DNA of 24,566 nucleotides. It comes from Selaginella moellendorffii. Taxonomy: Eukaryota; Plantae; Lycopodiophyta. The stretch lies in the NCBI RefSeq assembly GCF_000143415.4, contig NW_003314500.1, positions 1-24,566 of the forward strand, read 5' to 3'. Every line of letters begins with the position of its first letter. Within the stretch, counting starts at the first letter, position 1. Position numbers and translations under genes: made by a program. The notes beneath the pieces are model-generated. The model saw only the letters and a list, made by a program, of their open reading frames with translations. It did no database searches and was not told the origin of the DNA. Of the stretch, positions 9,574 through 22,122 are shown one piece after another.

Positions 9574-11298
9574 TTTAGATAGACTACTGTAAACAGGCAG
9601 TTAGAGTTGTTTACACGGTCATGCCCTTTTAACGGAATAAGGAACATCGACAAAGAAGCGGGTTATATGACCAGTCGACAGTATCTACCCCATGACTAGA
9701 GATTTCAACATACACACGAAGTGCCGAAGTCAGTCTGTCTATACTGGCCCAAACTCAAAGATTAATAGATGGACAATATCAAAGTCATAGACAATGATAT
9801 TTTAGAGACTTAATTATCAGTGAATATATCTTAGATTAGAACACAAAAGTATTCCAAGCAAGTTATCATCCGATAAACTAGTATTATAGGATAGGAACCA
9901 TCAAGATCATCATAAGTGGTAAACATAGGAATCACCATCCAACAAAATTCAATAGTAAGTATATCATCAAAGAAACTCAATGATAAAGTTTAACTATTAA
10001 AGATTGCAGATAGAATGCTAAACAACTTACGAAAGATAACTCAAAGAACACGAAGTATCATTGACTAACAAACAAAATGCTCACGATTGTATCACCCAAA
10101 GGAAATAACATCCAAATCTATCAAAACTAACTCGAACAACAATCAACAGAATAGAATGAATGCGGTAAGACCAACAAACACTCATTCCTACCAACTATCA
10201 CAAAAGCTAATCTGAATAGATCCCAGCCAACAGTACTAAGGAACTCAAGTTGCCTAAGCAAGTGTCAGCAACATCCTACTGATGTCTCAAACCCAAGAGA
10301 CCAATCCAAAGCAAACCACAAAGAACATGTGGTATTGCGAAAAGCCAAAAGTTATCAAAGAGAACAACTAACCATCATGAAAGATCATCAATTATCCTAT
10401 CAAAAAGATGTGCCAAATCATCGTCAAGCAAGAATCTACCATCCCAAAGAATAGCAAATAATTCCATACTAACAATAATCAAGCAAAACCCTTGACAAGG
10501 ATAATCAATTATCTTAGATGATAGTCAAGCATCACCAATAATTGCTAGATGCAAATACTAACGTCAACATCGAAGCTAATGAGCCAAAATGCCTTCCCCC
10601 AACAACTCCTAACAAATGGAACAATGAGCATGAAAACTCAAAGAACCAAAAGCTTGAAGAAGTCTATAGCCAAGTCTTGCCTAATAATAATCACGAGTTT
10701 CGCATGAACTGATGTCAATGCTAAAGAAAAATCATGGTACAACCCACAATATCCTCTTCAACACTTCCATAAGCAAAATTTCATAATGCAAAGCTAATGA
10801 AGAGCAGATTTGCATCAATCCAAAAACCAAACATAATGAAACTATGCTCAACAAGTGACCACTAAACAATCCTCCATGAATCCAGCTATAGCAAGACATA
10901 ACTCACTTTATAACAAGCACAAAAAGAATCATCAATGATCAATATATCCTAACTTAAATCCAACAAGGATTCAAACATTCTAATATTGATCATTAACTCA
11001 TCCTTTCGTAAAGCTAGCATAGTCCATGACTGAATCACTTTTCAAGGAAAAGCCGAAGCTCAACCCTCTACTAAATAATCTCGTCTAGAACACAACTAAC
11101 TCAAACTTACCACTCAGCTCGTTTGAACGCTAACATAGTTGCTAACTAGCAAATGCATGAATGCTAACAACATAAAGCTATAACCAAACCATCAACACTA
11201 TCTCCATTAAGACTAATGAAACTCAATATCAATCTTATAAAGAGACATCTCATCTCATTTGAATCTCAACATCAACAATGTCAACAACAAGGCATCAC

Positions 11299-11559
11299 NN
11301 NNNNNNNNNNNNNNNNNNNNNNNNNNNNNNNNNNNNNNNNNNNNNNNNNNNNNNNNNNNNNNNNNNNNNNNNNNNNNNNNNNNNNNNNNNNNNNNNNNNN
11401 NNNNNNNNNNNNNNNNNNNNNNNNNNNNNNNNNNNNNNNNNNNNNNNNNNNNNNNNNNNNNNNNNNNNNNNNNNNNNNNNNNNNNNNNNNNNNNNNNNNN
11501 NNNNNNNNNNNNNNNNNNNNNNNNNNNNNNNNNNNNNNNNNNNNNNNNNNNNNNNNNNN
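11299..11559. other. Assembly gap
   Basis: Run of N. Confidence 1.
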
Positions 11560-11872
11560 TCGAAACTCAAGTGAAGACTATGAAATAGACTCATATCAGT
11601 ACACAACCTCCTCATAGACAAAACTATAGTACAGGTACTAACATCTCAAACTCAAACAACTAAGTTGGACATTACCACCCTCAGCCAAGGCGCAGGGACA
11701 CCAAGACTAAGTTAAGATGAGTGAGAGCTCACTACTCTCATAGAGTCTAACAAAATGCAAGGTGCAACCTGCCACCAAGCAGAACGCTACAGAAAAAAGG
11801 CACAAGGGTCACCTTTCTCAGAAAATGCAACGGCCACTTTTCTACACTAACTCCAAACTCTATCCAATTCAA

Positions 11873-12439
11873 TGTACGCAACCAAAGGGAACGACTTGAG
11901 AGACGATCCATGGGGTTTAAATGTAGAGGGAAAGGGCCCATGAATAAGAGTGCACCCCCTTTTCCAATTGGTTAAGGGTCTTGGGATATTTGGGGTTAAG
12001 CGTCCTTGGGTTTGAATAATACTGGGCTGGGTGACCTCCCGGGAAGTCCAAATTCAGGAAATTTAGGACTTTGTTGGTTGGCTAGGGGAATCACACCATA
12101 TGTTGATTGACATCTGGCTGGTCCAGTTTGCTCCCGCTGGGCTCGACCTGAGGGGTAGGGTGTCAAGAGAGCGGGGCTCTCGGGAGAGCTGCGGCTCTCA
12201 GCTTCCGTTCACGAGGGCGTGAACTTGCAGGGAAGCGTGGTGGATTGTAAGCAACCAAAGGGAACGACTTGAGAGACGATCCATAGGGTTTAAATATAGA
12301 GGGAAAGGGCCCATGAATAAGAGTGCACCCCTTTTTCCAATTGGTTAAGGGTCTTGGGATATTTGGGGTTAAGTGTCCTTGGGTTTGAATAATACTAGGC
12401 TGGGTGACCTCCCGGGAAGTCCAAATTCAAGAACTTACA
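11873..12439 (+). mobile_element. Cassandra TRIM (non-autonomous LTR element with 5S-derived LTRs)
   Basis: LTRs 11873-~12065 and 12246-12439 (TGTA...TTACA), 5-bp TSD TTCAA on both sides, ~180-bp internal region, PPT-like GGGAAGCGTGGTGGAT before the 3' LTR. Confidence 0.92.
11995..12049 (+). promoter_or_regulatory. 5S rRNA-derived Pol III internal promoter (A/IE/C boxes) in the 5' LTR; second copy at 12368-12422
   Basis: GTTAAGCGTCCTTGGGTTTGAATAATACTGGGCTGGGTGACCTCCCGGGAAGTCC vs plant 5S GTTAAGCGTGCTTGGGCGAGAGTAGTACTAGGATGGGTGACCTCCTGGGAAGTCC. Confidence 0.88.
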
Positions 12440-13777
12440 TTCAATTGCCTTAACCCCAAAAGTTAGCATCCCTTTCGGGCTACATCATACAAACTACCTA
12501 CTAAAGTCTAAGCCAACTGAAGTCAACTCCAACCCCTTCACTAGTTTGTAATGGCTTTCGAAAACGGAATGGTTTTCGAACAAAGTGATCAATAGATCAG
12601 CCATTGGAAAAGTCTAAGAAAATTTGTGGAAAATTTTCCATCCTAAAAAAAGAATAACTCTCAGTCCAGGAATACAAATTTTCAAAACTCAACCAACTTC
12701 CTCCTACTAACAACTTCATATAGATTCACCTCAACACAAATTCTCATGACCCATAGTATGCTTAAGCCTCGAATATCTTTTGCCCATACCTCCGACATCC
12801 AAATCCAACATCCACAAAACTGCAAAGTGAACATCCAAGGCTTGATCACGAAGACCACATCTTTGGATATCCACATTGCACTAACACTCTTTTTAACTAC
12901 CTTCAAGATCCAATGTGAAACTAAAACACTAACAAAAAAAATGACATGGAAAATCAAACTCTAAGGAAAATTCCTCATCACTTGAACATCAATGCCATTT
13001 TCACTAACACAAGTGCTAGCAATGTTAATGCCTCAACTACACACCTTCTCCATTCAATAATCTACTCTAAGTGCTAACGAATCATTCAACAAGTTATAGC
13101 AAATGAATGTTATAACCCTTTTCCATCACGTTATGGGCAAACCCTCAAGGAAATAAAGAACCAACTTAAACTTAGTATAATGGACCACTATCGAGAATCC
13201 AGTCAAAGCTACTATAATGCTACTTCGTGCAAGTAGACTAGCTTCACTATCAACCACTTTGGGGTTGATCATCGTTTAACCAAGCAACTTCGTAAACCAT
13301 TTCTCATTATCATATGGATATGATATAAAATCGCAATGACTTGATCATCAATTAAGCAACACCACGAGCAATGCCAATGCCATTACTTCAAAGGTTTATG
13401 TGATTATCAAGTGCCAACTCGATTCAACAAAATGCAACACAAATGCCACACTCCATCGATAGAGACTTACAACACTTAACACCACTAACTTTTGTTCACA
13501 ACATGGATAAGCTCATGCCACTCTCTTTTTGACCAAACTCAAAACTAGTCCAACACCAAGTTATTCAAAGAGCAATAGCAAGGTTCCCCGAAAAAGAATT
13601 GAGCATTGCAACCCTAGTCTTCCATAGCAAGCTTAGACAAAATGATATAACGTTTCACTGCTATCCATCCCATGACTCACCACTTGTAAGACGATCATTT
13701 CCAACATGCATCAAGGTAGGGACTCTTGATTGCATAATGTGAACACGAGCAATGAGTTAACACCTCATTGCAAATCA

Positions 13778-13993
13778 NNNNNNNNNNNNNNNNNNNNNNN
13801 NNNNNNNNNNNNNNNNNNNNNNNNNNNNNNNNNNNNNNNNNNNNNNNNNNNNNNNNNNNNNNNNNNNNNNNNNNNNNNNNNNNNNNNNNNNNNNNNNNNN
13901 NNNNNNNNNNNNNNNNNNNNNNNNNNNNNNNNNNNNNNNNNNNNNNNNNNNNNNNNNNNNNNNNNNNNNNNNNNNNNNNNNNNNNNNNNNNNN
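13778..13993. other. Assembly gap
   Basis: Run of N. Confidence 1.
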
Positions 13994-15014
13994 AGAAGCA
14001 CGCTTTGGGCTTTTACCCCTTGACCCGTATTAGTATTTGGACTTAGTCTCTGGCTCAATCTCGGACTCAATTTCGGATCCAACTTCGAATTCGGTCTCGG
14101 ACTCGATCTCGGACTCGATCTCGGACCCGATCTCGGACCTGACCTCGGACTCGATCTCGGACTCAATCTCGGACCCGATTTCTGATCTCGGACTCCATCT
14201 CGAACTTGGTCTTGAACTCGGTCCCCGAGTCGGCCTTGGACTCGATTCCGGACTCTATCTCGAACTCGGTCTCCGAGTCGGTCTTGGACTTGATCTTCGA
14301 CTTGGTCCCATCCGATGAACTCTTTGTCATTTTGGTCATGCTTTCGGGGTTCCTTTAGCCTACGACACCTCGGCGAGTTGGTTCCTTACAACTCCACCAC
14401 CCATAAAAGAAGTTCGATGCCCACATCAAACGTTTCTCTTTTGATCCTACCACTTGTTGACCATGTCTCCGGGGGCATTCCCCACTTAGCGGTGTGCCTA
14501 AGTTAGCCTCCCTGGCCAAGAGCCCATGACAACGGAATATAGGTGTCCCTATACTCCTCACCTCACCACGCCCTAGTATAGGGTTGGGACTTGAACCTAG
14601 CCTTGCTTTACTAGGGGGTTGGGACTCGAACCCAACCTCCATAGAATACGTCTACAGATTTGACATCCCCGCAGGGAGTCGGGCGTAGCTTCTTACGCCT
14701 GGTCGACCTGGCTAACCCATGCTAATTAGCTTACCTTCGGCGTGCCTTTGGATCCCAACATATGCCATTGCTCAACTTCACAAATTGATACTTTAATTGA
14801 ACTTTGCATAAGTACATAGAGTTCTACCTTGCAGAAATTCCTCCACTAGATCTCGCGCGTTCACTAGGTTCTCCTCCGGTTCCTATGTTGCTTCGCAGTG
14901 TGGAATCCTTTCCACTTCATATGGACTCTCTCACCTCGCGTCCTTGTCGCTTGCTCTTGCGCGCATTGAGGATGGCCTCGACTTCGTATTCCTTTTCCCC
15001 TTGGATAACCTCAA
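13994..15014 (-). mobile_element. Older related LTR element: part of 3' LTR (to 14390), PPT and 3' internal region
   Basis: ACGCTTTGGGCTTT plus decayed CTCGGA repeats as in the young LTR. The junction ACA-ACTCCACCACCCATA..GAAGTTCGATG matches 16820-16851. Confidence 0.8.
14470..14700 (-). ncRNA. Putative structured RNA module (copy A)
   Basis: Chain of hairpins homologous to 18264-18480, with compensatory changes; two GGTTCRAGTCCC T-loop hairpins. Confidence 0.6.
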
Positions 15015-16070
15015 TGTAAGCGACTAAATTTTCCATTCTACTTTAGTCACTTAACCACACCTCTGACCACTTGGAGGAGTCTCATTCACAACCTCCATAA
15101 ATCCAATCCAGGACTTGGGACTTGCTAGCCCCGAGAATGGCATCCATGCCACTCAACATTTGCACTTGGTCCAAGTGCCCCACGTGTCCGATCCCATGAC
15201 CGACACTCAAAGGTACCACCGACATAGCAGCCCGTTACGCTAAGGCCATGCCCAATCACCTTTGCCACACTGGTAGTCCAATACCACTTGCATCACCGTC
15301 TTGGCTCTCCAAGACTAGGCAAACCATCCGTGAGTGGTCATCTCAGATCCACTCCTTAGCATCCTTAGGATGCCCACCGACAAGGGGAATAACCTTCCCC
15401 AATATCCCTCTGTCAGTCCCCACTAAGTCCCTTTCTGCCCCTGGCCGTGTTTGCCAACACTGCCACTGGATCGAGACCCACAGGCCCGACCACTAAGTCC
15501 CACGGTCCTCTGGGACTTCCTCACCACACGGCTGTGTCCTTGGTCACTACCCCAGAGGACTGCTCCTCTTCCTTTCCACAGTCTGGGCCTTTGGGACAAC
15601 ATTTCGGAACACCGTGGCCTTACGCGAGCCACCTGGGTACTCTCCTCGCCTTCTGCCCTTGGGTGCTCTAGCCATGGGCTTAGAGCGGGTTCCGTTGAGC
15701 CACACCAGGTATCCAAGTAGGTAGTGCCACCCACACTTGGACTGGGAGCATCGGCCAGTCGATCTCCCGGGGGAACTAGAGCCGGCTCTTGAACACTTCA
15801 CCAAGCTACCCCGCTTGTCGGTCTGTGTTCACTCTAGTCTTGGACTTCCCAGTGGGCAGCTCATCACCCAACACTGGGTCCGGCCTTCCTGGGCCAAACT
15901 GGCCTTTCCTGGCCAAACTGGCTCCACTGCAGTCCTCCCCCCTACTATACTTTTGGAGCTCACCAAACCCCCCAGGGTCTGGGAGACGAACGCTTTGGGC
16001 TTTCACCCTCTCAGGCTCCGGACTCGGACTCGGACTCGGACTCGGACTCGGACTCGGACTCGGACTCGGA

Positions 16071-16112
<42 letters not shown>

Positions 16113-16822
16113 CTCGGGCTCGGCCTCGGTCTCGGTCTCGGTCCCGATCTCGGTCCCGATCTCGGTCTCGGTCTCGGTCTCGGTCTCAGTCCCAGTCTCG
16201 GTCTCGACTTCGGACTCCATCTCGGACTCCATCTCGGACTCCATCTCGGGTCCATCTCAGACTCCATTTCGGGTCCATCTCGGACTCCATCTCGGGTCCA
16301 TCTCGGACTCCATTTCGGGTCCATCTCGGACTCCATCTCGGACTCCATCTCGGGTCCATCTCGGACTCCATCTCGGACTCCATTTCGGGTCCATCTCGGG
16401 TCCACCTCGGACTCCATCTCGGACTCCATCTCGGACTCCATCTCGGGTCCATCTCGGACTCCATCTCGGACTCCATCTCGGGTCCATCTCGGACTCCAAC
16501 TCGGGTCCATCTCGGACTCCACTTCGGACTCCAACTCGAGTCCATCTCGGACTCCACTTCGGACTCCAACTCGAGTCCATCTCGGACTCCACTTCCACGT
16601 GTCATGTGTTGGTCCTTTTGGGTCCCTTTTTGGAGCCTCGCTTTTTGCTCGCTTCGTGCTCGTTCCTCGAGCACTTCGTTGGGAGTTCCACTCCCGCTCT
16701 TGACTTTTCAAGTCGGAGCTTTTGGTCCAAACGTGTTACGCTCGTTTGGCTCTCGCTTTAGCCACTACCACGTGGCACCCTTTCCGGCTCCACTTTGGGG
16801 CCTAGGGATTTTGTGTCTCACA
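15015..16822 (-). repeat. 3' LTR
   Basis: TGTAAGCG...GTCTCACA, direct repeat of 20970-22765. Confidence 0.95.
16015..16595. repeat. Compound micro/minisatellite in the LTR; second copy at ~21970-22538
   Basis: (GGACTC)n, (GGGCTC)n, (GGTCTC)n, then (CTCGGRYTCCAT)n 12-mers. Confidence 0.95.
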
Positions 16823-16835
16823 ACTCCACCACCCA
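16823..16835 (-). other. Polypurine tract
   Basis: Minus strand TGGGTGGTGGAGT immediately before the 3' LTR TG; same sequence at 14391-14403. Confidence 0.75.
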
Positions 16836-16926
16836 TAGACGAAGTTCGATGTCCTCATCGAACGGTAAACCATTTTGTAAAGTAACACTCGCGTGTGTTA
16901 CCATTTCCATCTTTGGCACCTAGCCA

Positions 16927-17060
16927 ATATTTGTCAATGGTTTGACATTGAAGGCTCACCATGCCTTCTCCATATTCGTCAATGGTTTGACATTGAAGGC
17001 TCACCATGCCTTTTGCATATGCCTCCATGGTTTGACACCAAAGGCTCACCATGCCTTGCC
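16927..17060. repeat. 45-bp tandem repeat x3
   Basis: ATATTYGTCAATGGTTTGACATTGAAGGCTCACCATGCCTT; units start at 16927, 16972 and 17017. Confidence 0.9.
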
Positions 17061-18082
17061 TATCCTCTAAGGAGGGTAGTCTCTCCAACTTAGAGACTGA
17101 TTGGACCACATGTAGTGGTTCCCTCCTTTTATTGGTTTAGTCCTCGCTAAACCTCTTAGAGACCCTTCTCTAAGTCAATCCCACTACTCCTTCTCGAGTA
17201 GTCTCAATTTCCATCGATATAACCTTTGCACTTTGGAACTTTGAATTTTGACTTCTTGGAGTCAATTTCCTAGGTGTCTCCGACACCTTGCCTTGCACCT
17301 TTTTGTGCAACTCCACTTCCCATCCTAGGAAGTTCTCTACTCGAAAGCACCATCATCCTCTCTTCTATTTCGTGCCAAAGTTCCAGTTATCATACTTTGT
17401 GCTAGGGCTGTTCATGGCCCTATCATTTGGCTACCTTACCGCTCCCTCCCTTGGAGCTTCCACTTTTGCCAAATCGGAGCATTTCGGAATCCCTCATTGG
17501 AAACACACTTCCTTTCCCGCAACTTGTTAGCATCCAACACATTAGTGTTCCTCGCCTAACTTTGTCACTTGGATTCCTTCCAAGGGATTCCACGGCCCTA
17601 TCTTGGCCACTCATCTTTTGCTCCTATCCGTTGATTGTTGCACCAAGCAACATCGAATCTCTACCTCCCTTCTTGAGGTATTGTTTCGATTCCATAGCAA
17701 AGACTCTTCTTTGCCAAGTCCGGAGGATGTTCACCCCTAGTACGTCTCTTTAGCATCTTCTGCTATGGGCTCTATCCACGGCCCAACTTCGTGACCCTCC
17801 CATGGGTCTTTTATAGAGACTACTTTCCTCGGACTCACTATGCCATCGCACGGACATAGTTTATTTCCCTTAGGTGCTCTTCCCACTTGGTCATCACGAC
17901 CAAGCCACACCACCTTAAACAGTTCAATTTCAACATTTTGAACCAGGAACTTCATTCCTTAGCCAACCAAGGACCTTGTCCTTATCTGGCCATAAGATCA
18001 CCTAGTGATCTCACCTTGGCACCTTAACAGAGTTGCCAAGAGGTATTTGGTCTTCTAGACCTCCAAGTTGTTGACTATAACC

Positions 18083-18480
18083 CCGGGGGCATCCCCCACA
18101 CTTGGCGGTGCACCCAAGCCAGCCCTTATGGCAAAGGGTTCATAGCAACTGAGATTAGGTGTCCCCATCTCACTCACCACGACCTTGGTGCCACTTGCAC
18201 CAAAGCATTCAAGTTAGATATGCCGAGCTTTCACTCTAAGCAATCTAACCGTGCATCACGACTCCGAGGCATCCCTCGCTTGGCGGTGTGCCCAAACCAG
18301 TCTCCCCACTGAGAGTCCATGACCACCGAAATATGAGTGTCCTCATATTCCAAACCATCACCACGCCCTAGTGATTTGGGACTCGAACCCAAGCACTAGA
18401 GGGTTGGGACTCGAACCCAACCTCCGTATATGCATCTACGGACGGCATCACACAAGATGCCTGGCGTGACTCCCCACGCC
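18083..18480 (-). ncRNA. Putative structured RNA module (full copy B 18264-18480, partial copy C 18083-18182)
   Basis: Five adjacent hairpins (18463-80, 18444-61, 18423-42, 18402-22, 18368-99) plus a GACA-loop hairpin (~18328-18351). Confidence 0.65.
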
Positions 18481-20954
18481 GGTGCACCAACTTATTTTTA
18501 AAGCGCGCTACAGATCACAGCTTAGGAACCTAGTTCCTCCACACTGCCAAGTCCTCTCACTTGACATGTCTGTGATCATGCATGGACTCCTCCATGCTCG
18601 GCCCCATGGCCCACCCTTTTTGAAGTTATCACCTTCAACTAGGGTATTTGTTCCCCCGACGTGCCAATCTCGCTTGGCAAGTCCTCCGACCACTGCAACA
18701 TGGTTCCTACATAAGCGTGAAAGTCCTTGACCATCGACTTTCGTTCAAAGCCCTCTCCTTGAACACTCGGGAACTACTTCCCTAACCTTGATAGCCTTGC
18801 CTCATGGCAAGCTTCAAGACCACGCTTCTGCTGCGCCACTCTGATTTCGCGCGTTCCATGAACCATTTACACTTGGCCTTTCTAGGTACTAAGTTACCTA
18901 GAATCGTCTTTGGGAACCTTGAAGGAACTCTGTCCCTCAGCTTGCTAAGGCCTCCCTTTTTGCAAGCTTTCCAAATGCCACATAGTCTAACATGGACAAT
19001 TCCATATTTTAGACTCTCCATGGCATCACGGTTGCTAGCGGCAACACCCTCGAGCCCCCACTTGATTCTCCACTCCCAGCTGGCATAACCAACCTTGGTT
19101 ATGCCCTTTGATTCCCACGGTTCGGTTCTATCCCCTTACTTCTTGCTTTTTGGCTTCACACCTTTCCTTTGGTCATTCTCCTCCAGACCAGGAGGATAGC
19201 TTTGCACTTTCTATCATGCTTTAGCAAGTATTCTTAGGGATGAACCTACCCAATAGCCTAGGGAGTGGTTCCTCAATCCGGGTATGCTCACCTTATAATC
19301 CCACACACTGGGATTACATTGTTGCTTATGGGCCTTTACATGCCCATCACTAGCCTTGCCAAAATTCCATTTTTGGCTTTGTCCAACTCGGGTAGACAGT
19401 CCTCTCCTGTCTCCGCAACCTTGGACATTTGGATAGCACCTTCTATCCATCATTCGCTAGGGACTTAGTCCCTTGGGCTTTATCCATTGCCCTCGTGACA
19501 TCAAACACCACCTTCTGGTGTTCTAGAGTGTTCGGGTGTCCCAATGATGGCTTTCTTGACAATAAGTATTTCCTTTTATGACATTGACTTACTATATCGC
19601 AACACAAGCAACTTATCCCCCGTAAGGGTATATCCAACTTCCCTATGCTATTAAGAAGTCTTGGGTAGCTACCTTCTACCAGTTTAACCAGTTATTTTGC
19701 ACCTCTTGCTTAGTTGCCTCATAGTTGTCAAATCCTACAACTCATTGCTTGGTGCTTTCACACCTCCATCATTATCTGGGTCACCGCACTCCAACTGCAT
19801 GCTCTGCAGCTTAGGCTATGCCATTCCCATTTCCATTGGGATTCTTTTGGCAAGGGGTTCTCATGAACCCACCAACATAGCCTCAAGGTATCACACCTTG
19901 GCACATTTGGTGTCTCCACACCATCGGCTCCACGAGCCTACCTCTATGACACTTCTTCTTTGTGTCTAAGTCTTTGCCAAGACCAATGCCACTCTTTCTC
20001 ATGCCAACCATCCGTTAGCACTACACCATAGAGGTCACACACAACTTTGTGTCAAAGTTGTTTTCTTTTTGGGAACACCTTTCCCACGACTTTAGCATGG
20101 CACATTTTGCCATCGATGAGATACCCTCTGTTCTCATCCTTGGATCCTATGATCCCCCCCCCCATCCTTTGTGGGGTACAACACACCTCAGTCCAAATGC
20201 TTCCATCAGTCCTTTTAGGACCATCCCTTGACTCTACTTGAGTCATCCAGCAGTTTTGGACTTGGTTAATCCACAGACCCGTAAGGTCCTACTTATGAGG
20301 CACTAGCTCACTGGAATACACTTCTTGCATTCCTGTCCTACTCAAAAGGACTATTTTCACAAGTGTTACTCCGACACTTGATTTTGTTCTTTGGGGGCAA
20401 CCTTTGCCCCTTAGGACTACTTGTCCATGTGATGAGAATACCAACTCATCCACTTAATACACCCCCAACTCCTTGGGTTGTTCCAGCATTTATTAGAGGT
20501 AGCCCTGGCTACCTTTTCAAGGACTTGAGTCCTCTTCCGTATTTGACCTCCCATGGTAATTTCTTCTGGTCTCACATTCATGAGCACCAACCTCAACTAT
20601 ATGAGGAAAATCTTATGACTCCTTTATTGCTTTGGAGTCTTTATCTTTCCCGTGATCCCAACTGTAGTTGTTTACCACAACTACATTAGCCAGTTTGCTA
20701 AGTCAAACGCTCCTCTGGATCACATCCTCAACTCTTCGAGGAAAACCATATACTGTTCCCAAGATCCCAAAGTCGTTCCATTATTGGCCCTTTTCTATCC
20801 ACCACCTTGTCTACAAGTTCACACATGAACTGTAATGAAGAGCCATATCTTCCCGACCTGCTACTCCTCAAGGATAGGCCCACTTCTCGGACCTTCCGTT
20901 GCCAACACCAGTGGTGATATACTTGAGCACCAATAAAAGTCGGACTAAGGAACA

Positions 20955-20966
20955 GCTCCGATACCA
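20955..20966 (-). other. Primer binding site (tRNA-iMet)
   Basis: TGGTATCGGAGC, 3 nt inside the 5' LTR; canonical TGGTATCAGAGC with one A>G (G:U-compatible). Confidence 0.9.
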
Positions 20967-20969
20967 AAT

Positions 20970-22090
20970 TGTAAGCGACTAAATTTTCCATTCTACTTTA
21001 GTCACTTAACCACACCTCTGACCACTTGGAGGAGTCTCATTCACAACCTCCATAAATCCAATCCAGGACTTGGGACTTGCTAGCCCCGAGAATGGCATCC
21101 ATGCCACTCAACATTTGCACTTGGTCCAAGTGCCCCACGTGTCCGATCCCATGACCGACACTCAAAGGTACCACCGACATAGCAGCCCGTTACGCTAAGG
21201 CCATGCCCAATCACCTTTGCCACACTGGTAGTCCAATACCACTTGCATCACCGTCTTGGCTCTCCAAGACTAGGCAAACCATCCGTGAGTGGTCATCTCA
21301 GATCCACTCTTTAGCATCCTTAGGATGCCCACCGACAAGGGGAATAGCCTTCCCCAATATCCCTCTGTCAGTCCCCACTAAGTCCCTTTCTGCCCCTGGC
21401 CGTGTTTGCCAACACTGCCACTGGATCGAGACCCACAGGCCCGACCACTAAGTCCCACGGTCCTCTGGGACTTCCTCACCACACGGCTGTGTCCTTGGTC
21501 ACTACCCCAGAGGACTGCTCCTCTTCCTTTCCACAGTCTGGGCCTTTGGGACAACATTTCGGAACACCGTGGCCTTACGCGAGCCACCTGGGTACTCTCC
21601 TCGCCTTCTGCCCTTGGGTGCTCTAGCCATGGGCTTAGAGCGGGTTCCGTTGAGCCACACCAGGTATCCAAGTAGGTAGTGCCACCAACACTTGGACTGG
21701 GAGCATCGGCCAGTCGATCTCCCGGGGGAACTAGAGCCGGCTCTTGAACACTTCACCAAGCTACCCCGCTTGTCGGTCTGTGTTCACTCTAGTCTTGGAC
21801 TTCCCAGTGGGCAGCTCATCACCCAACACTGGGTCCGGCCTTCCTGGGCCAAACTGGCCTTTCCTGGCCAAACTGGCTCCACTGCAGTCCTCCCCCCTAC
21901 TATACTTTTGGAGCTCACCAAACCCCCCAGGGTCTGGGAGACGAACGCTTTGGGCTTTCACCCTCTCAGGCTCCGGACTCGGACTCGGACTCGGACTCGG
22001 ACTCGGACTCGGACTCGGACTCGGGCTCGGGCTCGGCCTCGGGCTCGGGCTCGGCCTCGGGCTCGGCCTCGGTCTCGGTCTCGGTCCCGA

Positions 22091-22122
<32 letters not shown>

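Larger units (their letters stand above)
9574..13777 (-). mobile_element. Highly decayed Ty1/copia gag-pol remnant
   Basis: Strong A/C skew on + and no ORFs. Minus-strand relics occur in copia RT order: TAF (~10165), WMLFPLG ~ YMxQPxG (~10105), EHFVC ~ VCxLxK (~10075), DSYVY (~9925), IILVYxDDNLL ~ YVDD (~9870). Extent beyond the RT relics is inferred from composition. Confidence 0.55.

Noticed and set aside
11995-12422. 5S rRNA genes
   Set aside because: Only the ~55-nt internal promoter part is present, inside LTRs flanked by a TSD.
15136-15152. LTR motif TGGCATCCATGCCA as a member of the 22-bp palindrome family
   Set aside because: Different spacer length and arms; likely coincidental.
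15737-16885. 300-380 aa ORFs (RTRT/GLGL/SPSP), also at 21692-22768
   Set aside because: They arise from stop-free 6/12-bp repeats inside LTRs and are open in many frames on both strands.
17860-17960. Relic chromodomain (KFLVQ...TKWEE) on the minus strand
   Set aside because: Needs a frameshift and the match is too short to support.
18368-18480. Genuine tRNA gene
   Set aside because: T-loop present, but no acceptor stem, A box or 7-nt anticodon loop.
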